A stretch of DNA of 64,000 nucleotides from Eledone cirrhosa (lineage: Eukaryota), in NCBI GenBank assembly GCA_964016885.1, contig OZ024742.1, positions 166,966,001-167,030,000 of the forward strand, in the 5' to 3' direction. Shown piece after piece: positions 52,450 to 64,000 of the stretch (position 1 is the stretch's first letter; the number at the start of each line of letters is the position of its first letter). The notes beneath the pieces are model-generated. The model did not search any database. It saw only the letters and a list, made by a program, of their open reading frames with translations, and was not told the origin of the DNA. The translations under genes and the position numbers were made by a program.

Positions 52450-53220
52450 ATAATTAGTAAAAAAAATCAAGGGGAGATAATTTCCAGCCGTCCAAGGGGA
52501 GGTAATATCTAGCCGTCCAAGGGGAGATAATTTCCAGCCGTCCAAGGGGAGATAATTTCCAGACGTCCAAGGGTAGATAATATCCAGCCGTCCAAGTAGA
52601 CATATTTTCCAGCCGTCCAAGGAGAGGTAATTTCTAGCCGTCCAAGGGGAGATAAATTCCAGCCTCCAAGGGGAGATAATTTCCAGCCAGCCAAGGGGAG
52701 ATAATTTGTAAAAAAATCAGGGGGAGATAATTTGTAAAAAAAATCAGGGGGAGATAATTTGTAAAAAAAATTCAGGGGGAGATAATTTGTAAAAAAAAAT
52801 CAGGGGGAGATAATTTGTAAAAAAAATCAGGGGGAGATAATTAGTAAAAAAAATCAAGGGGAGATAATTTCCAGCCGTCCAAGGGGAGGTAATATCTAGC
52901 CGTCCAAGGGGAGATAATTTCCAGCCGTCCAAGGGGAGATAATTTCCAGACGTCCAAGGGTAGATAATATCCAGCCGTCCAAGTAGACATATTTTCCAGC
53001 CGTCCAAGGAGAGGTAATTTCTAGCCGTCCAAGGGGAGATAAATTCCAGCCTCCAAGGGGAGATAATTTCCAGCCAGCCAAGGGGAGATAATTTGTAAAA
53101 AAATCAGGGGGAGATAATTTGTAAAAAAAATCAGGGGGAGATAATTTGTAAAAAAAATTCAGGGGGAGATAATTTGTAAAAAAAAATCAGGGGGAGATAA
53201 TTTGTAAAAAAAATCAGGGG
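52450..53220 (+). repeat. Local 387-bp tandem duplication
   Basis: ORFs 52509/52896 are offset by 387. The rare variants CAGACGTCC (52562/52949) and AATTCAGG (52771/53158) are both repeated at +387. Confidence 0.85.
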
Positions 53221-56200
53221 GAGATAATTTGTAAAAAAAAATCAGGGGGAGATAATTTGTAAAAAAAATCAGGGGGAGATAATTTGTAAAAAAAAATCAG
53301 GGGGAGATAATTTGTAAAAAAAATCAAGGGGAGATAATTTCCAGCTGTCCAAGGGGAGATAATTTTCAGCCGTCCAAGGGGAGATAATTTCCCGCCAGCC
53401 AAGGGAAGATAATATTTAAAAAAATCAGGCGGAGATAATTTGTAAAAAAAATCAGGGGGAGATAATTTGTAAAAAAATCAGGGGGAGATAATTTGTAAAA
53501 AAAAAATCAGGGGGAGATAATTTGTAAAAAAAATCAGGGGGAGATAATTTGTAAAAAAAAATCAGGGGTAGATAATTTGTAAAAAAAAATCAGGGGGAGA
53601 TAATTTGTAAAAAAAAATCAGGGGGAGATAATTTGTAAAAAAAATCAATTGGAGATAATTTCCAGCCGTCCAAGGAGAGATAATTTTTAAAAAAAATCAG
53701 GCGAAGATAATTTGTAAAAAAAAATCAGGGGGAGATAATTTGTAAAAAAAAATCAGGGGGAGATAATTTGTAAAAAAAATCAAGGGGAGATAATTTTCAG
53801 CCGTCCAAGGGGAGAATTTTCAGCCGTCCAAGGAGAGGTAATTTCTAGCCGTCCAAGGGGAGATAATTTCCAGCCGTCCAAGGGGAGATAATTTCCAGCC
53901 GTCCAAGGGGAGATAATTAAAAAAAAAATCAGGCGGAGATAATTTGTAAAAAAAATCAAGGGGAGATAATTTGCAGCCGTCCAAGGGGAGATAATTTTCA
54001 ATCGTCCAAGGAGAGGTAATTTTTAGCCGTCCAAGGGGAGATAATTTCCAGCCGTCCAAGGGGAGATAATTTCCAGCCGTCCAAGGGGAGATAATTTTTT
54101 TTAAAAATCAGGCGGAGATAATTTGTAAAAAAAATCAGGGGGAGATAATTTGTAAAAAAAAATCAGGGGGAGATAATTTGTAAAAAAAATCAGGGGGAGA
54201 TAATTTGTAAAAACAAAATCAAGGGCAGATAATTTCCAGCTGTCCAAGGGGAGATAATTTCCAGCCGTGCAAGGGGAGATAATTTCCAGCCGTCCAAGGG
54301 GAGATAATTTCCATCCTTCCAAGGGGAGATAATGTCCAGCCGTCCAAGGGGAGATAATTTCCCGCCAGCCAAGGGAAGATAATTTTTAAAAAAATCAGGC
54401 GGAGATTGTAAAAAAAATCAGGGGGTGATAATTTGTAAAAAAATCAGGGGGAGATAATTTGTAAAAAAAAAATCAGGGGAGATAATTTGTAAAAAAAAAT
54501 CAGGGGGAGATAATTTGTAAAAAAAAAATCAGGGGGAGATAATTTGTAAAAAAAATCAGGGGTAGATAATTTGTAAAAAAAAATCAGGGGGAGATAATTT
54601 GTAAAAAAAAATCAGGGGGAGATAATTTGTAAAAAAATCAAGGGGCGATAATATGCAGCCGTCCAAGGGGAGATAATTTTCAGCCGTCCAAGGAGAGGTA
54701 ATTTCTAGCCGTCCAAGGGGAGATAATTTCCAGCCGTCCAAGGGGAGATAATTTCCAGCCGTCCAAGGGGAGATAGTTTTTTTAAAAAAATCAGGCGGAG
54801 ATAATTTGTAAAAAAAAAATCAGGGGGAGATAATTTGTAAAAAAAAATCAGGGGGAGATAATTTGTAAAAAAAAATCAGGGGGAGATAATTTGTAAAAAA
54901 AATCAGGGGGAGATAATTAGTAAAAAAAATCAAGGGGAGATAATTTCCAGCCGTCCAAGGGGAGGTAATATCTAGCCGTCCAAGGGGAGATTATTTCCAG
55001 CCGTCCAAGAGGAGATAATTTCCAGCCGTCCAAGGGTAGATAATATCCAGCCGTCCAAGGAGACATATTTTCCAGCCGTCCAAGGAGAGGTAATTTCTAG
55101 CCGTCCAAGGGGAGATAAATTCCAGCCTCCAAGGGGAGATAATTTCAGCCAGCCAAGGGGAGATAATTTGTAAAAAAAATCAGGGGGAGATAATTTGTAA
55201 AAAAAATCAGGGGGAGATAATTTGTAAAAAAAAATCAGGGGGAGATAATTTGTAAAAAAAATCAGGGGGAGATAATTTGTAAAAAAAAATCAAGGGGAGA
55301 TAATTTCCAGCCGTCCAAGGGGAGATAATTTTCAGCCGCCCAAGGGGAGATAATTTCCCGCCAGCCAAGGGAAGATAATATTTAAAAAAATCAGGCGGAG
55401 ATAATTTGTAAAAAAAATCAGGGGGAGATAATTTGTAAAAAAATCAGGGGGAGATAATTTGTAAAAAAAAAATCAGGGGGAGATAATTTGTAAAAAAAAT
55501 CAGGGGGAGATAATTTGTAAAAAAAAATCAGGGGTAGATAATTTGTAAAAAAAAATCAGGGGGAGATAATTTGTAAAAAAAAATCAGGGGGAGATAATTT
55601 GTAAAAAAAATCAATTGGAGATAATTTCCAGCCGTCCAAGGAGAGATAATTTAAAAAAAAAATCAGGCGAAGATAATTTGTAAAAAAAAATCAGGGGGAG
55701 ATAATTTGTAAAAAAAAATCAGGGGGAGATAATTTGTAAAAAAAATCAAGGGGAGATAATTTCCAGCCGTCCAAGGGGAGAATTTTCAGCCGTCCAAGGA
55801 GAGGTAATTTCTAGCCGTCCAAGGGGAGATAATTTCCAGCCGTCCAAGGGGAGATAATTTCCAGCCGTCCAAGGGGAGATAATTAAAAAAAAATCAGGCG
55901 GAGATAATTTGTAAAAAAAATCAAGGGGAGATAATTTGCAGCCGTCCAAGGGGAGATAATTTTCAATCGTCCAAGGAGAGGTAATTTTTAGCCGTCCAAG
56001 GGGAGATAATTTCCAGCCGTCCAAGGGGAGATAATTTCCAGCCGTCCAAGGGGAGATAATTTTTTTAAAAAATCAGGCGGAGATAATTTGTAAAAAAAAT
56101 CAGGGGGAGATAATTTGTAAAAAAAAATCAGGGGGAGATAATTTGTAAAAAAAAATCAGGGGGAGATAATTTGTAAAAAAAATCAAGGAGAGATAATTTC

Positions 56201-59200
56201 CAGCCGTCCAAGGGAAGATAATTTCAAGCCCTCCAAGGGGCTATAATTTCCAGTGTCCAAGGGGAGATAATTTCCAGCCAGCGAAAGGGAGATAATTTTT
56301 TTTAAAAAATCAGGGAGATTTGTAAAAAAAATCAGGGGGAGATAATTTGTAAAAAAAATCAAAGGGAGATAATTTCCAGCCGTCCAAAGAGAGATAATTT
56401 CTAGCCGTCCAAGGCGAGATAATTTCGAGCAAGGGGAGATAATTTCCAGCCGTCCAAGGGGAGATATTTTTTTAAAAAATCAGGTGGAGATAATTTGTAA
56501 AAAAAATCAGGGGGAGATAATTTGTAAAAACAAAATCAAGGGCAGATAATTTCCAGCTGTCCAAGGGGAGATAATTTCCAGCCGTGCAAGGGGAGATAAT
56601 TTCCAGCCGTCCAAGGGGAGATAATTTCCATCCTTCCAGGGGGAGATAATTTCCAGCCGTCCAAGGGGAGATAATTTCCCGCCAGCCAAGTGAAGATAAT
56701 TTTTTAAAAAATCAGGCGGAGATTGTAAAAAAAATCAGGGGGAGATAATTTGTAAAAAAATCAGGGGGAGATAATTTGTAAAAAAAATCAAGGGGAGATT
56801 ATTTCCAGCCGTCTAAGGGGAGGTAATATCTAGCCGTCCAAGGGGAGATAATTTCCAGCCATCCAAGGGGAGATAATTTCCAGCCGTCCAAGGGTAGATA
56901 ATATCCAGCCGTCCAAGGAGACATATTTTCCAGCCGTCCAAGGAGAGGTAATTTCTAGCCGTCCAAGGGGAGATAAATTCCAGCCTCCAAGGGGAGATAA
57001 TTTCCAGCCAGCCAAGGGGAGATAATTTGTAAAAAAATCAGGGGGAGATAATTTGTAAAAAAAATCAGGGGGAGATAATTTGTAAAAAAATCAGGGGGAG
57101 ATAATTTGTAAAAAAAAATCAGGGGGAGATAATTTGTAAAAAAAATCAGGGGGAGATAATTTGTAAAAAAAAATCAGGGGTAGATAATTTGTAAAAAAAA
57201 ATCAGGGGGAGATAATTTGTAAAAAAAATCAGGGGGAGATAATTTGTAAAAAAAATCAAGGGGAGATAATTTCCAGCCGTCCAAGGAGAGATAATTTTAA
57301 AAAAAAATCAGGCGGAGATAATTTGTAAAAAAAAATCAGGGGGAGATAATTTGTAAAAAAAAATCAGGGGGAGATAATTTGTAAAAAAATCAAGGGGAGA
57401 TAATTTCCAGCCGTCCAAGGGGAGATAATTTTCAGCCGTCCAAGGGGAGATAATTTCCAGCCGTCCAAGGGGAGATAATTTTTTTAAAAAAATCAGGCGG
57501 AGATAATTTGTAAAAAAAATCAAGGGGAGATAATTTGCAACCGTCCAAGGGGACATAATTTTCAGTCGTCCAAGGAGAGGTAATTTCTAGCCGTCCAAGG
57601 GGAGATAATTTCCAGCCGTCCAAGGGGAGATAATTTCCAGCCGTCCAAGGGGAGATAATTTTTTTTTAAAAATCAGGCGGAGATAATTTGTAAAAAAAAA
57701 ATCAGGGGGAGATAATTTGTAAAAAAAAATCAGGGGGAGATAATTTGTAAAAAAAAATCAGGGGGAGATAATTTGTAAAAAAAATCAAGGGGAGATAATT
57801 TCCAGCCGTCCAAGGGAAGATAATTTCCAGCCCTCCAAGGGGCTATAATTTCCAGCGTCCAAGGGGAGATAATTTCCAGCCAGCGAAGGGGAGATAATTG
57901 TTTTAAAAAAATCATTGGGAGATTTGTAAAAAAAATCAGGGGGAGATAATTAATAAAAAAAATCAAGGGGAGATAATTCCAGCCGTCCAAGGGGAGGTAA
58001 TATCTAGCCGTCCAAGGGGAGATAATTTCCAGCCGTCCAAGGGGAGATAATTTCCAGCCGTCCAAGGGTAGATAATATCCAGCCGTCCAAGGAGACATAT
58101 TTTCCAGCAGTCCAAGGAGAGGTAATTTCTAGCCGTCCAAGGGGAGATAAATTCCAGCCTCCAAGGGGAGATAATTTCCAGCCAGCCAAGGGGAGATAAT
58201 TTGTAAAAAAATCAGGGGGAGATAATTTGTAAAAAAAGTCAGGGGTAGATAATTTGTAAAAAAAAATCAGGGGGAGATAATTTGTAAAAAAAAATCAGGG
58301 GGAGATAATTTGTAAAAAAAATCAAGGGGAGATAATTTCCAGCCGTCCAAGGAAAGATAATTTTTAAAAAAAAATCAGGCGGAGATAATTTGTAAAAAAA
58401 AATCAGGGGGAGATAATTTGTAAAAAAAAATCAGGGGGAGATAATTTGTAAAAAAAATCAAGGGGAGATAATTTCCAGCCGTCCAAGGGGAGATAATTTC
58501 CAGCCGTCCAAGGGGAGATAAATTATTTAAAAAAATCAGGCGGAGATAATTTGTAAAAAAAATCAGGGGGAGATAATTTGTAAAAAAAAATCAGGGGGAG
58601 ATAATTTCCAGCCGTCCAAGGTAAGATAATTTCCAGCCCTCCAAGGGGCTATAATTTCCAGCATCCAAGGGGTGATAATTTCCAGCCGTCCAAGGGTAGA
58701 TAATATCCAGCCGTCCAAGTAGACATATTTTCCAGCCGTCCAAGGAGAGGTAATTTCTAGCCGTCCAAGGGGAGATAAATTCCAGCCTCCAAGGGGAGAT
58801 AATTTCCAGCCAGCCAAGGGGAGATAATTTGTAAAAAAATCAGGGGGAGATAATTTGTAAAAAAAATCAGGGGGAGATAATTTGTAAAAAAAATCAGGGG
58901 GAGATAATTTGTAAAAAAAAATCAGGGGGAGATAATTTCCAGCCGTCCAAGGGGAGATAATTTTCAGCCGTCCAAGGGTAGATAATATCCAGCCGTCCAA
59001 GTAGACATTTTCCAGCCGTCCAAGGAGAGGTAATTTCTAGCCGTCCAAGGGGAGATAAATTCCAGCCTCCAAGGGGAGATAATTTCCAGCCAGCCAAGGG
59101 GAGATAATTTGTAAAAAAATCAGGGGGAGATAATTTGTAAAAAAAATCAGGGGGAGATAATTTGTAAAAAAAATCAGGGGGAGATAATTTGTAAAAAAAA

Positions 59201-60839
59201 ATCAGGGGGAGATAATTTGTAAAAAAAAATCAGGGGGAGATAATTTGTAAAAAAAATCAAGGGGAGATAATTTCCAGCCGTCCAAGGGGAGATAATTTTC
59301 AGCCTTCCAAGGGGAGATAATTTCCAGCCGTCCAAGGGGAGATAATTTCCATCCTTCCAAGGGGAGATAATTTTCAGCCGTCCAAGGGGAGATAATTTCC
59401 CGCCAGCCAAGGGAAGATAATATTTTAAAAAATCAGGCGGAGATAATTTGTAAAAAAAATCAGGGGGAGATAATTTGTAAAAAAATCAGGGGGAGATAAT
59501 TTGTAAAAAAAAAATCAGGGGGAGATAATTTGTAAAAAAAATCAGGGGGAGATAATTTGTAAAAAAAAATCAGGGGTAGATAATTTGTAAAAAAAAATCA
59601 GGGGGAGATAATTTGTAAAAAAAAAATCAGGGGGAGATAATTTGTAAAAAAAATCAAGGGGAGATAATTTCCAGCCGTCCAAGGAGAGATAATTTTTAAA
59701 AAAAATCAGGCGGAGATAATTTGTAAAAAAAATCAAGGTGAGATAATTTGTAAAAAAAAATCAGGGGGAGATAATTTGTAAAAAAAATCAAGGGGAGATA
59801 ATTTCCAGCCGTCCAAGGGAAGATAATTTCCAGCACTCCAAGGGGCTATAATTTCCAGTGTCCAAGGGGAGATAATTTCCAGCCAGCGAAGGGGAGATAA
59901 TTTTTTTAAAAAAATCAGGGGGAGATATGTAAAAAAAATCAGAGGGAGATAATTTCTAAAAAAAATCAAAGGGAGATAATTTCCAGCTGTCCAAAGAGAG
60001 ATAATTTCTAGCCGTCCAAGGGGAGATAATTTCCAGCCAAGGGGAGATAATTTCCAGCCGTCCAAGGGGAGATAATTATTTAAAAAATCAGGTGGAGATA
60101 ATTTGTAAAAAAAATCAGGGGGAGATAATTTGTAAAAACAAAATCAAGGGCAGATAATTTCCAGCTGTCCAAGGGGAGATAATTTCCAGCCGTGCAAGGG
60201 GAGATAATTTCCAGCCGTCCAAGGGGAGATAATTTCCATCCTTCCAAGGGGAGATAATCTCCAGCCGTCCAAGGGGAGATAATTTCCCGCCAGCCAAGGG
60301 AAGATAATTTTAAAAAAAATCAGGCGGAGATTGTAAAAAAAATCAGGGGGAGATAATTTGTAAAAAAATCAGGGGGAGATAATTTGTAAAAAAAAATCAG
60401 GGGGAGATAATTTGTAAAAAAAAAATCAGGGGGAGATAATTTGTAAAAAAAATCAGGGGTAGATAATTTGTAAAAAAAAATCAGGGGGAGATAATTTGTA
60501 TAAAAAAATCAGGGGGAGATAATTTGTAAAAAAATCAAGGGGAGATAATATGCAGCCGTCCAAGGGGAGATAATTTTCAGCCGTCCAAGGAGAGGTAATT
60601 TCTAGCCGTCCAAGGGGAGATAATTTCCAGCCGTCCAATGGGAGATAATTTCCAGCCGTCCAAGGGGAGATAGTTTTTTTAAAAAAATCAGGCGGAGATA
60701 ATTTGTAAAAAAAAATCAGGGGGAGATAATTTGTAAAAAAAAATCAGGGGGAGATAATTTGTAAAAAAAAATCAGGGGGAGATAATTTGTAAAAAAAATC
60801 AGGAGGAGATAATTAGTAAAAAAAATCAAGGGGAGATAA

Positions 60840-63800
60840 TTTCCAGCCGTCCAAGGGGAGGTAATATCTAGCCGTCCAAGGGGAGATAATTTCCAGCCGT
60901 CCAAGGGGAGATAATTTCCAGCCGTCCAAGGGTAGATAATATCCAGCCGTCCAAGTAGACATATTTTCCAGCCGTCCAAGGAGAGGTAATTTCTAGCCGT
61001 CCAAGGGGAGATAAATTCCAGCCTCCAAGGGGAGATAATTTCCAGCCAGCCAAGGGGAGATAATTTGTAAAAAAATCAGGGGGAGATAATTTGTAAAAAA
61101 AATCAGGGGGAGATAATTTGTAAAAAAAAATCAGGGGGAGATAATTTGTAAAAAAAAATCAGGGGGAGATAATTTGTAAAAAAAATCAGGGTGAGATAAT
61201 TTGTAAAAAAAAATCAGGGGGAGATAATTTGTAAAAAAAAATCAGGGGGAGATAATTTGTAAAAAAAAATCAGGGGGAGATAATTTGTAAAAAAAATCAA
61301 GGGGAGATAATTTCCAGCCGTCCAAGGGGAGATAATTTCCAGCCGTCCAAGGGGAGGTAATATCTAGCCGTCCAAGGGGAGATAATTTCCAGCCGTCCAA
61401 GAGGAGATAATTTCCAGCCGTCCAAGGGTAGATAATATCCAGCCGTCCAAGGAGACATATTTTCCAGCCGTCCAAGGAGAGGTAATTTCTAGCCGTCCAA
61501 GGGGAGATAAATTCCAGCCTCCAAGGGGAGATAATTTCCAGCCAGCCAAGGGGAGATAATTTGTAAAAAAAATCAGGGGGAGATAATTTGTAAAAAAAAT
61601 CAGGGGGAGATAATTTGTAAAAAAAAATCAGGGGGAGATAATTTGTAAAAAAAATCAGGGGGAGATAATTTGTAAAAAAAAATCAAGGGGAGATAATTTC
61701 CAGCCGTCCAAGGGGAGATAATTTTCAGCCGCCCAAGGGGAGATAATTTCCCGCCAGCCAAGGGAAGATAATATTTAAAAAATCAGCCGGAGATAATTTG
61801 TAAAAAAAATCAGGGGGAGATAATTTGTAAAAAAAATCAGGGGGAGATAATTTGTAAAAAAAAAATCAGGGGGAGATAATTTGTAAAATAAATCAGGGGG
61901 AGATGATTTGTAAAAAAAATCAGGGGTAGATAATTTGTAAAAAAAAATCAGGGGGAGATAATTTGTAAAAAAAAATCAGGGGGAGATAATTTGTAAAAAA
62001 AATCAAGAGGAGATAATTTCCAGCCGTCGAAGGGAAGATAATTTCCAGCCCTCCAAGGGGCTATAATTTCCAGCGTCCAAGGGGAGATAATTTCCAGCCA
62101 GCGAAGGGGAGATAATTTTTTTTTAAAAATCATTGGGAGATTTGTAAAAAAAATCAGGGGGAGATAATTTGTAAAAAAAATCAAGGGGAGATAATTTCCA
62201 GCCGTCCAAGAGGAGGTAATATCTAGCCATCGAAGGGGAGATAATTTCCAGCCGTCCAAGGGGAGATAATTTCCAGCCGTCCAAGGGTAGATAATATCCA
62301 GCCGTCCAAGTAGACATTTTCCAGCCGTCCAAGGAGAGGTAATTTCTAGCCGTCCAAGGGGAGATAAATTCCAGCCTCCAAGGGGAGATAATTTCCAGCC
62401 AGCCAAGGGGAGATAATTTGTAAAAAAATCAGGGGGAGATAATTTGTAAAAAAAATCAGGGGGAGATAATTTGTAAAAAAAAATCAGGGGGAGATAATTT
62501 GTAAAAAAAAATCAGGGGGAGATAATTTGTAAAAAAAAATCAGGGGGAGATAATTTGTAAAAAAAATCAAGGGAAGATAATTTCCAGCCGTCCAAGGGGA
62601 GATAATTTTCAGCCGTCCAAGGGGAGATAATTTCCAGCCGTCCAAGGGGAGATAATTTCCATCCTTCCAAGGGGAGATAATTTGTAAAAAAAAATCAGGG
62701 GGAGATAATTTGTAAAAAAAATCAAGGGGAGATAATTTCCAGCCGTCCAAGGGGAGATAATTTTCAGCCGTCCAAGGGGAGATAATTTCCCGCCAGCCAA
62801 GGGAAGATAATATTTAAAAAAATCAGGCGGAGATAATTTGTAAAAAAAATCAGGGGGAGATAATTTGTAAAAAAATCAGGGGGAGATAATTTGTAAAAAA
62901 AAAATCAGGGGGAGATAATTTGTAAAAAAAATCAGGGCTAGATAATTTGTAAAAAAAAATCAGGGGTAGATAATTTGTAAAAGAAAATCAGGGGGAGATA
63001 ATTTGTAAAAAAAAATCAGGGGGAGATAATTTGTAAAAAAAATCAAGGGGAGATAATTTCCAGCCGTCCAAGGAGAGATAATTTTTAAAAAAAATCAGGC
63101 GGAGATAATTTGTAAAAAAAAATCAAGGGGAGATAATAGGTAAAAAAAAATCAGGGGGAGATAATTTGTAAAAAAATCAAGGGGAGATAATTTCCAGCCG
63201 TCCAAGGGAAGATAATTTCCAGCACTCCAAGGGGCTATAATTTCCAGTGTCCAAGGGGAGATAATTTCCAGCCAGCGAAGGGGAGATAATTTTTTTAAAA
63301 AAATCAGGGGGAGATATGTAAAAAAAATCAGAGGGAGATAATTTCTAAAAAAAATCAAAGGGAGATAATTTCCAGCCGTCCAAAAGAGATAATTTCTAGC
63401 CGTCCAAGGGGAGATAATTTCCAGCCAAGGGGAGATAATTTCCAGCCGTCCAAGGGGAGATAATTTTTTAAAAAATCAGGTGGAGATAATTTGTAAAAAA
63501 AATCAGGGGGAGATAATTTGTAAAAACAAAATCAAGGGCAGATAATTTCCAGCTGTCCAAGGGGAGATAATTTCCAGCCGTGCAAGGGGAGATAATTTCC
63601 AGCCGTCCAAGGGGAGATAATTTCCATCCTTCCATGGGGAGATAATCTCCAGCCGTCCAAGGGGAGATAATTTCCCGCCAGCCAAGGGAAGATAATTTTT
63701 AAAAAAATCAGGCGGAGATTGTAAAAAAAATCAGGGGGAGATAATTTGTACAAAAATCAGGGGGAGATAATTTGTAAAAAAAAAATCAGGGAAGATAATT

Positions 63801-64000
63801 TGTAAAAAAAAATCAGGGGGAGATAATTTGTAAAAAAAAAATCAGGGGGAGATAATTTGTAAAAAAAATCAGGGGTAGATAATTTGTTAAAAAAAATCAG
63901 GGGGTGATAATTTGTAAAAAAAAATCAGGGGGAGATAATTTGTAAAAAAATCAAGGGGAGATAATATGCAGCCGTCCAAGGGGAGATAATTTTCAGCCGT
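60840..64000 (+). repeat. Near-identical copy of ~24,780-27,940 (offset 36,064), running to the window end
   Basis: Constant ORF offsets of 36,064 (24804/60868, 25884/61948, 27031/63095, 27468/63532). Shared rare variants: GATAATAGGT, CCTTCCATGGGG, CCATCGAAGG. Confidence 0.9.

Larger units (their letters stand above)
1..64000 (+). repeat. Composite two-monomer satellite array (25-bp type A and 26-29-bp type B sharing core GGGGAGATAATTT), extends beyond both window edges
   Basis: Every part of the window parses into AAGGGGAGATAATTTCCAGCCGTCC or AGGGGGAGATAATTTGT(A7-10)TC units or point/indel variants of them. There are roughly 2,400 monomers (estimate, 64,000/26), all head-to-tail in one orientation. 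Confidence 0.99.
43111..64000 (+). repeat. Mosaic satellite domain: same cassettes in reshuffled blocks of about 0.3-3.5 kb
   Basis: The 17.7-kb offset is lost. Shorter matches appear at different offsets (57308/19065, 57730/20600, 49640/61242, 25178/61242). Confidence 0.75.

Noticed and set aside
453-63753. About 190 minus-strand ORFs of 60-240 aa (KLSPLGRLEIISPWTAGNYLPLDG / IFFTNYLPL repeats), including the 240-aa ORF at 36833-37555
   Set aside because: They are translations of 25-29-bp monomers cycling through all three frames. Most start at the repeat's TTG, overlapping frames are equally open, and paralogous copies gain or lose frame freely. The + strand is closed only because every monomer contains TAA.
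1-64000. CRISPR-like appearance (constant core plus variable tail)
   Set aside because: The would-be spacers are only ~12-16 bp and of two recurring types rather than unique. There is no leader or cas gene.
1-64000. Telomerase-made telomeric repeat (G-rich strand, 25-bp unit as in some budding yeasts)
   Set aside because: It matches no telomere motif I know. Two monomer types and kb-scale inheritance of point variants indicate recombinational amplification rather than templated addition.
1-64000. Canonical G-quadruplex array
   Set aside because: G4-5 tracts are separated by ~21-24 nt, far beyond the usual 1-7 nt loops, so stable intramolecular G4 is not supported from sequence alone.
1-64000. 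GGAG/GGAGG Shine-Dalgarno-like motifs or plasmid iterons
   Set aside because: They are part of the satellite core, with no downstream start codons, rep gene or any prokaryotic context.
1-64000. Assignment to an organism or a named satellite family
   Set aside because: I do not recognise the monomers and there is no unique sequence. A database search is required.

Overview
The whole 64-kb window is one uninterrupted, single-orientation satellite DNA array. I found no credible genes, RNA genes, transposons or CRISPR array, and no unique flanking sequence. It is built from two related monomers that share the core GGGGAGATAATTT: type A (25 bp, AAGGGGAGATAATTTCCAGCCGTCC) and type B (mostly 26-29 bp, AGGGGGAGATAATTTGT-A7-10-TC), arranged in alternating runs of about 1-9 units. 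Diverged monomers recur in fixed order as cassettes of ~85-225 bp. These cassettes are nested in local duplications (180, 230, 387 bp), a ~3.3-3.4 kb older duplication, a near-identical 5,645-bp tandem duplication and a ~17.7-kb higher-order repeat (equivalent starts at 1, 20148 and 37841). A ~3-kb block also recurs at offsets of 11,602, 24,462 and 36,064 bp. All listed ORFs are minus-strand translations of the repeat and are not genes. The architecture suggests eukaryotic centromeric, pericentromeric or subtelomeric heterochromatin (inference). I do not recognise the satellite family or the organism. Offsets come from the ORF track and hand comparison, so boundaries are approximate.
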